Source: the human T2T-CHM13v2.0 reference genome, Homo sapiens. From it: DNA of 64,000 bases. A program made the position numbers and the translations under genes. The notes beneath the pieces were generated by a model. The model saw only the letters and a list, made by a program, of their open reading frames with translations. It made no database searches and had not been told where the DNA came from. Location of the stretch: assembly GCF_009914755.1 (NCBI RefSeq), contig NC_060927.1, one strand, 5' to 3'. Below, piece by piece: positions 60,200 to 64,000 of this stretch. The first letter of the stretch is position 1. The number at the start of each line of letters is the position of its first letter.

Positions 60200-60451
60200 A
60201 CCACCTCTCCTGTATAAACACCTTAAGTACCACTGTGTCCAGATTTGGACTCTGGCCAACAACAGATAAATTTACCTAGACTACCACCTCTCCTGTATAA
60301 ACACCTTAAGTACCACTGTGTCCAGATTTGGACTCTGGCCAACAACAGATAAATTTACCTAGACTACCACCTCTCCTGTATAAACACCTTAAGTACCACT
60401 GTGTCCAGATTTGGACTCTGGCCAACAACAGATAAATTTACCTAGACTACC
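60200..60451. repeat. Perfect tandem repeat, 3 x 83 bp
   Basis: Units start at 60200, 60283 and 60366: ACCACCTCTCCTGTATAAACACCTTAAGTACCACTGTGTCCAGATTTGGACTCTGGCCAACAACAGATAAATTTACCTAGACT. No mismatches seen. Confidence 0.98.
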
Positions 60452-60714
60452 TATCACAGAAGTACAGTTGGAATCAATAAGGAGTTGATTAAGGAAGTAG
60501 AGTTTGAATCAATTGTCAGTCTAAAGGAGGGGAAAAAGATGCTTACTAAAAAGCATCATTAGATAATTTGCCACAAGGAAAAGTTCTATTTGACACAATG
60601 ACTAGGTGAGTGATTTTCACATTCCTCCCTCAGTACTGACAAGAAATATATCACACACAAATTATATCAATTGTACTTGTTATTTTAATGTCTGAATTCC
60701 TTCCCCCATTTTCC

Positions 60715-60812
60715 CCTTGTGGACAGAAACACTCTCATCTCATCTTTGTATCCCCACTGCCTACCATGGTCCCTAGAGAGCAGAAGAGACCTTTGATAAA
60801 TATTACTGGATA
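60715..60812 (+). mobile_element. L2 3' end fragment
   Basis: ctcatctttgtatccccactgcctaccatggtccc...gataaatatt. Confidence 0.55.
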
Positions 60813-61504
60813 TCATAATCATGAGAATTACTGAAATTAAGGGTAAAATGTAACAAAGGAAGATTGACAATGAGAATTTTCACACATTCCCAAGACTGTC
60901 CAGGGAAGAGAACACTTGTTCAATGCAACTATTCCAGGTCTTTGAAAGGAACTCTCAAATACCTAATATATTGTAGAAGTAAAAAAGGAAGAAAGAAAAG
61001 AGCTGTATAATAATTACAGCCTGGAAAATGTCATGAACTTTCTTGGGAGCCAAGTCACAGTCAGAGTTGTCTAAGCAGAGGTGACATAACCAGTTGTGCA
61101 TGATATTGCAAATGTGTTACATGAACATTGGACCTTTAGTTTCTTCCCGATTCGAAAGTCAATAGTTGGCCTATTCATTTGGCTATGTACAATTACTTTT
61201 TGATCATATGCCATAATGACAGTTAGCATCCTTGCCCACCTCTATATTCACTGTTAAGCAGGGTCCTTGGTAGTTTTGTTTTCTAAGGTGATTTTCCCAG
61301 CAAGAAGGAAACAAGGGCTCTAAGATAAGTGAGTTTGATTTTAAGGTCAGATACATCTTCTATAATTTGTGAATTGACTATATGGCACTAATCAATCTTT
61401 TGTAGATTTGGTCAGCATTACATAAATTTTACAAGGATTTAATAATAACCAGCAACCAGAACAGCATTGATCAAGATGTGCTAGTCAAAATGTTGGTAGC
61501 TGGG

Positions 61505-61795
61505 TCCTCTTATTGATACCCTTGCCTCTAGTCCTGTTCTATCTAATGCATTTTTTTCTCTGATACAAGAGTGACCATCCTAAACATAAACCTAAAACTA
61601 CCACCACACTCCACTCCATAAGACCCTTTAATGTCATCTAATTGCCTTCAAAAGAAAGTCTAAATGGCCCTAAGTTGTCTCTCCCTTAACTACCTCTTCA
61701 TCTCAACCCCAGATACTCCCTCCCCTTGCCCTGTGTTCAGACATTGACAAATTCACAGTCCCCAATTGTGACATGTGCTCTGTCTTCCCTATCTC
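61505..61795 (+). mobile_element. L2 fragment
   Basis: caagagtgaccatcctaaacataaacct...aattgccttcaaaagaaagtctaaa. Confidence 0.5.
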
Positions 61796-61802
61796 TGGAA
61801 AT

Positions 61803-62017
61803 CAGCAATTCTCCACAGGAAGCAATTTTGCCCCCCAAGGGACATTTGGTAATGTCTAGAGGCATTTTTTGGTGATCACAATTCAGAAGATGCTACTAGC
61901 ATCTAGTGGTAAAGGCCAAGATGCTGCTAAACATCTACAATGCATAGGATTGTACACCTGTCACATCAAAGAATTAACCAGCCCAAATATCAATAGTGCT
62001 GTGGTTGAAAAGTTCTG
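61803..62017. mobile_element. MER20 hAT-Charlie MITE
   Basis: attttgccccccaagggacatttggtaatgtctagag...gatgctgctaaacatctacaatgcatagg...gcccaaatatcaatagtgctgtggttga. Confidence 0.88.
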
Positions 62018-62092
62018 TTTTAAATAAATGAATGATAGCAAACTATGTGCAGCAACTCTTAAGGGAAATCCCTTTAAACAGCTCCTCTAAGA

Positions 62093-62314
62093 CAGAGTTG
62101 GCAAACTGTGACCTAGGGGCTAAATCGGGCTCACTGCCTGTTTTTGTAAATAAAATGGTGCTGGAACATGGCTATGCCCATTTGCTTATGTACTGCCATT
62201 TTATCTATGGCTGCTTTTGCAGCAGAGATAAGCAGTTGCAAAAGAGACTGTCTATCCCACAAACCCTAAAATATTTTCTATCTGGCTGTTTACGGAAAAA
62301 AGTTACCAACCCTG
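62093..62314 (+). mobile_element. MER58A hAT-Charlie MITE
   Basis: CAG...CTG ends; gcctgtttttgtaaataaaa. 8-bp flanks CTCTAAGA/CTGTAAAA. Confidence 0.85.
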
Positions 62315-63331
62315 CTGTAAAATACCCCTACTATTGCCCTGATCCTAAGATTTCAGAAAATGTATACAGTTATGACTTGTACATGAGAATGAAAATAATT
62401 TTTCCCAACTGCCACACTATTTCTGTCTTGGAACAGTAAACATAGACATAGAATAACTTAGAAGTTGTTTTCTGGGTGTCCACATAGTCTTCTGGGAGAA
62501 GCATTTCCTGGAAACAAATACTGAGCTTTGCTGGCAAGATATCATTAAAGAGAGTTGAGGGCTTGGCAGGAGCAGATGTGGGGAGGGGTAGGTTGGGGTG
62601 GGGTAAGAAAAACTTGGCAATCAGATCTTACTCTTTCCTCTCTAGAAGTCTCTCCACTCAACATGTTCTGAACACAGCCTGGCATACCCTTTGAAGCAAG
62701 TAGACTCTGTCATGTCTCAGTTTCACGCACTTGCTAAAATTTGCATCAAGAGATGGTAAGAGACAGTGAGGCAAATGGCTGTAAGGAGGAAAATAGCTAA
62801 TGTCTCAAGAACTTGATTTGTTGTTGAATCATTCCTCTAACATTAGTAGATTGCTAATAAAATGAGAGGCATACAGAGGTTGCAATATATACGTGACCCT
62901 GGAAATATCAGCTGGGGTTTCCCCACATGGTTATTGTTGGCAAATGCAGAAATATTTCAGATGCACGAAATATCAACTCAGTATATAAGTTCTTTTTTAC
63001 ATAATAACCCTCAATTTATTGTGTTTATGGTGAAGGAAATGAGTTCTTTATTACCATGTGTATGCACCCCTATGCACATACATACCACACTGTGCTTCTT
63101 ACCTACTGAGATATTCATAGTTTGGGTGGCATTCTAGGACCTACAGGAGAGGGAGAGGAATTTCTGTGACTGCCCACATAGGACATATTTTCCCTGCGGA
63201 TAGAACAGAGGAGAGTACTGCTTCTATAATTGGGACATCTACCTATCAGGCAAATCAAAATAGGGATCTTCCCAGATACCTGAAAAAAATCATGTGTGCA
63301 AGCAGCTAGAGAACTAAGGATCGTAAAATAA

Positions 63332-63739
<408 letters not shown>

Positions 63740-64000
63740 TGACAGGAGTAGCTCTCAAAACAGGACATGAAGACTTGGACCAGCAACAAGGCTGGGAAAT
63801 CAAACCTGAGAGTCCTGCAGTAGGCCAGGGATCCCAAAGGGAGCTTTTCCTAGGAAAAAAAAATACAACTTAAATAAAACCATATCAAATAATAATAGAA
63901 AGCCTAAATATAGAAATTCAATCAGTAGTTTAAAATATTCTCCAGGAAAAAAAAATCTCAAAGACGAATTTTTTTAAAGGCTAACATATGTAATTATTTA

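Noticed and set aside
60200-60451. 83-bp array as a CRISPR-like locus
   Set aside because: Units are contiguous and identical with no unique spacers; no cas genes; primate DNA.

Overview
Primate, most likely human, genomic DNA that is AT-rich and dominated by interspersed repeats. The only host coding sequence I can support is the first coding exon of ABI3BP (TARSH/NESH-BP) on the minus strand, 35218->35119. It encodes MRGGKCNMLSSLGCLLLCGSITLALGNAQKLPK, a signal peptide; the ORF track misses it because it is under 60 aa. The exon ends at a non-canonical GC donor (AAG|GCAAGT). Positions 1-35118 are therefore part of ABI3BP intron 1 (exon 2 was not found), and about 35240-64000 is promoter plus upstream DNA. 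The rest is Alu, L1, L2, MIR, MaLR/ERV LTR and DNA-transposon remnants, including a nested L1M/L1MA/L1PA/THE1 block of about 11.6 kb. The ORF-track entries I could assign are repeat-derived; the rest look like chance ORFs. Points of most interest: a perfect 3x83-bp tandem array, the GC-AG first intron with two in-frame start codons, a CpG-intact AluYc1-like insertion, a miR-548-type MADE1 hairpin, an LTR9 with an OCT-SOX-like motif, an old templated duplication, and a TE junction implying a deletion. I see no evidence for a wholly new biological system. Repeat subfamily names come from recalled consensus sequences and need RepeatMasker/Dfam confirmation.
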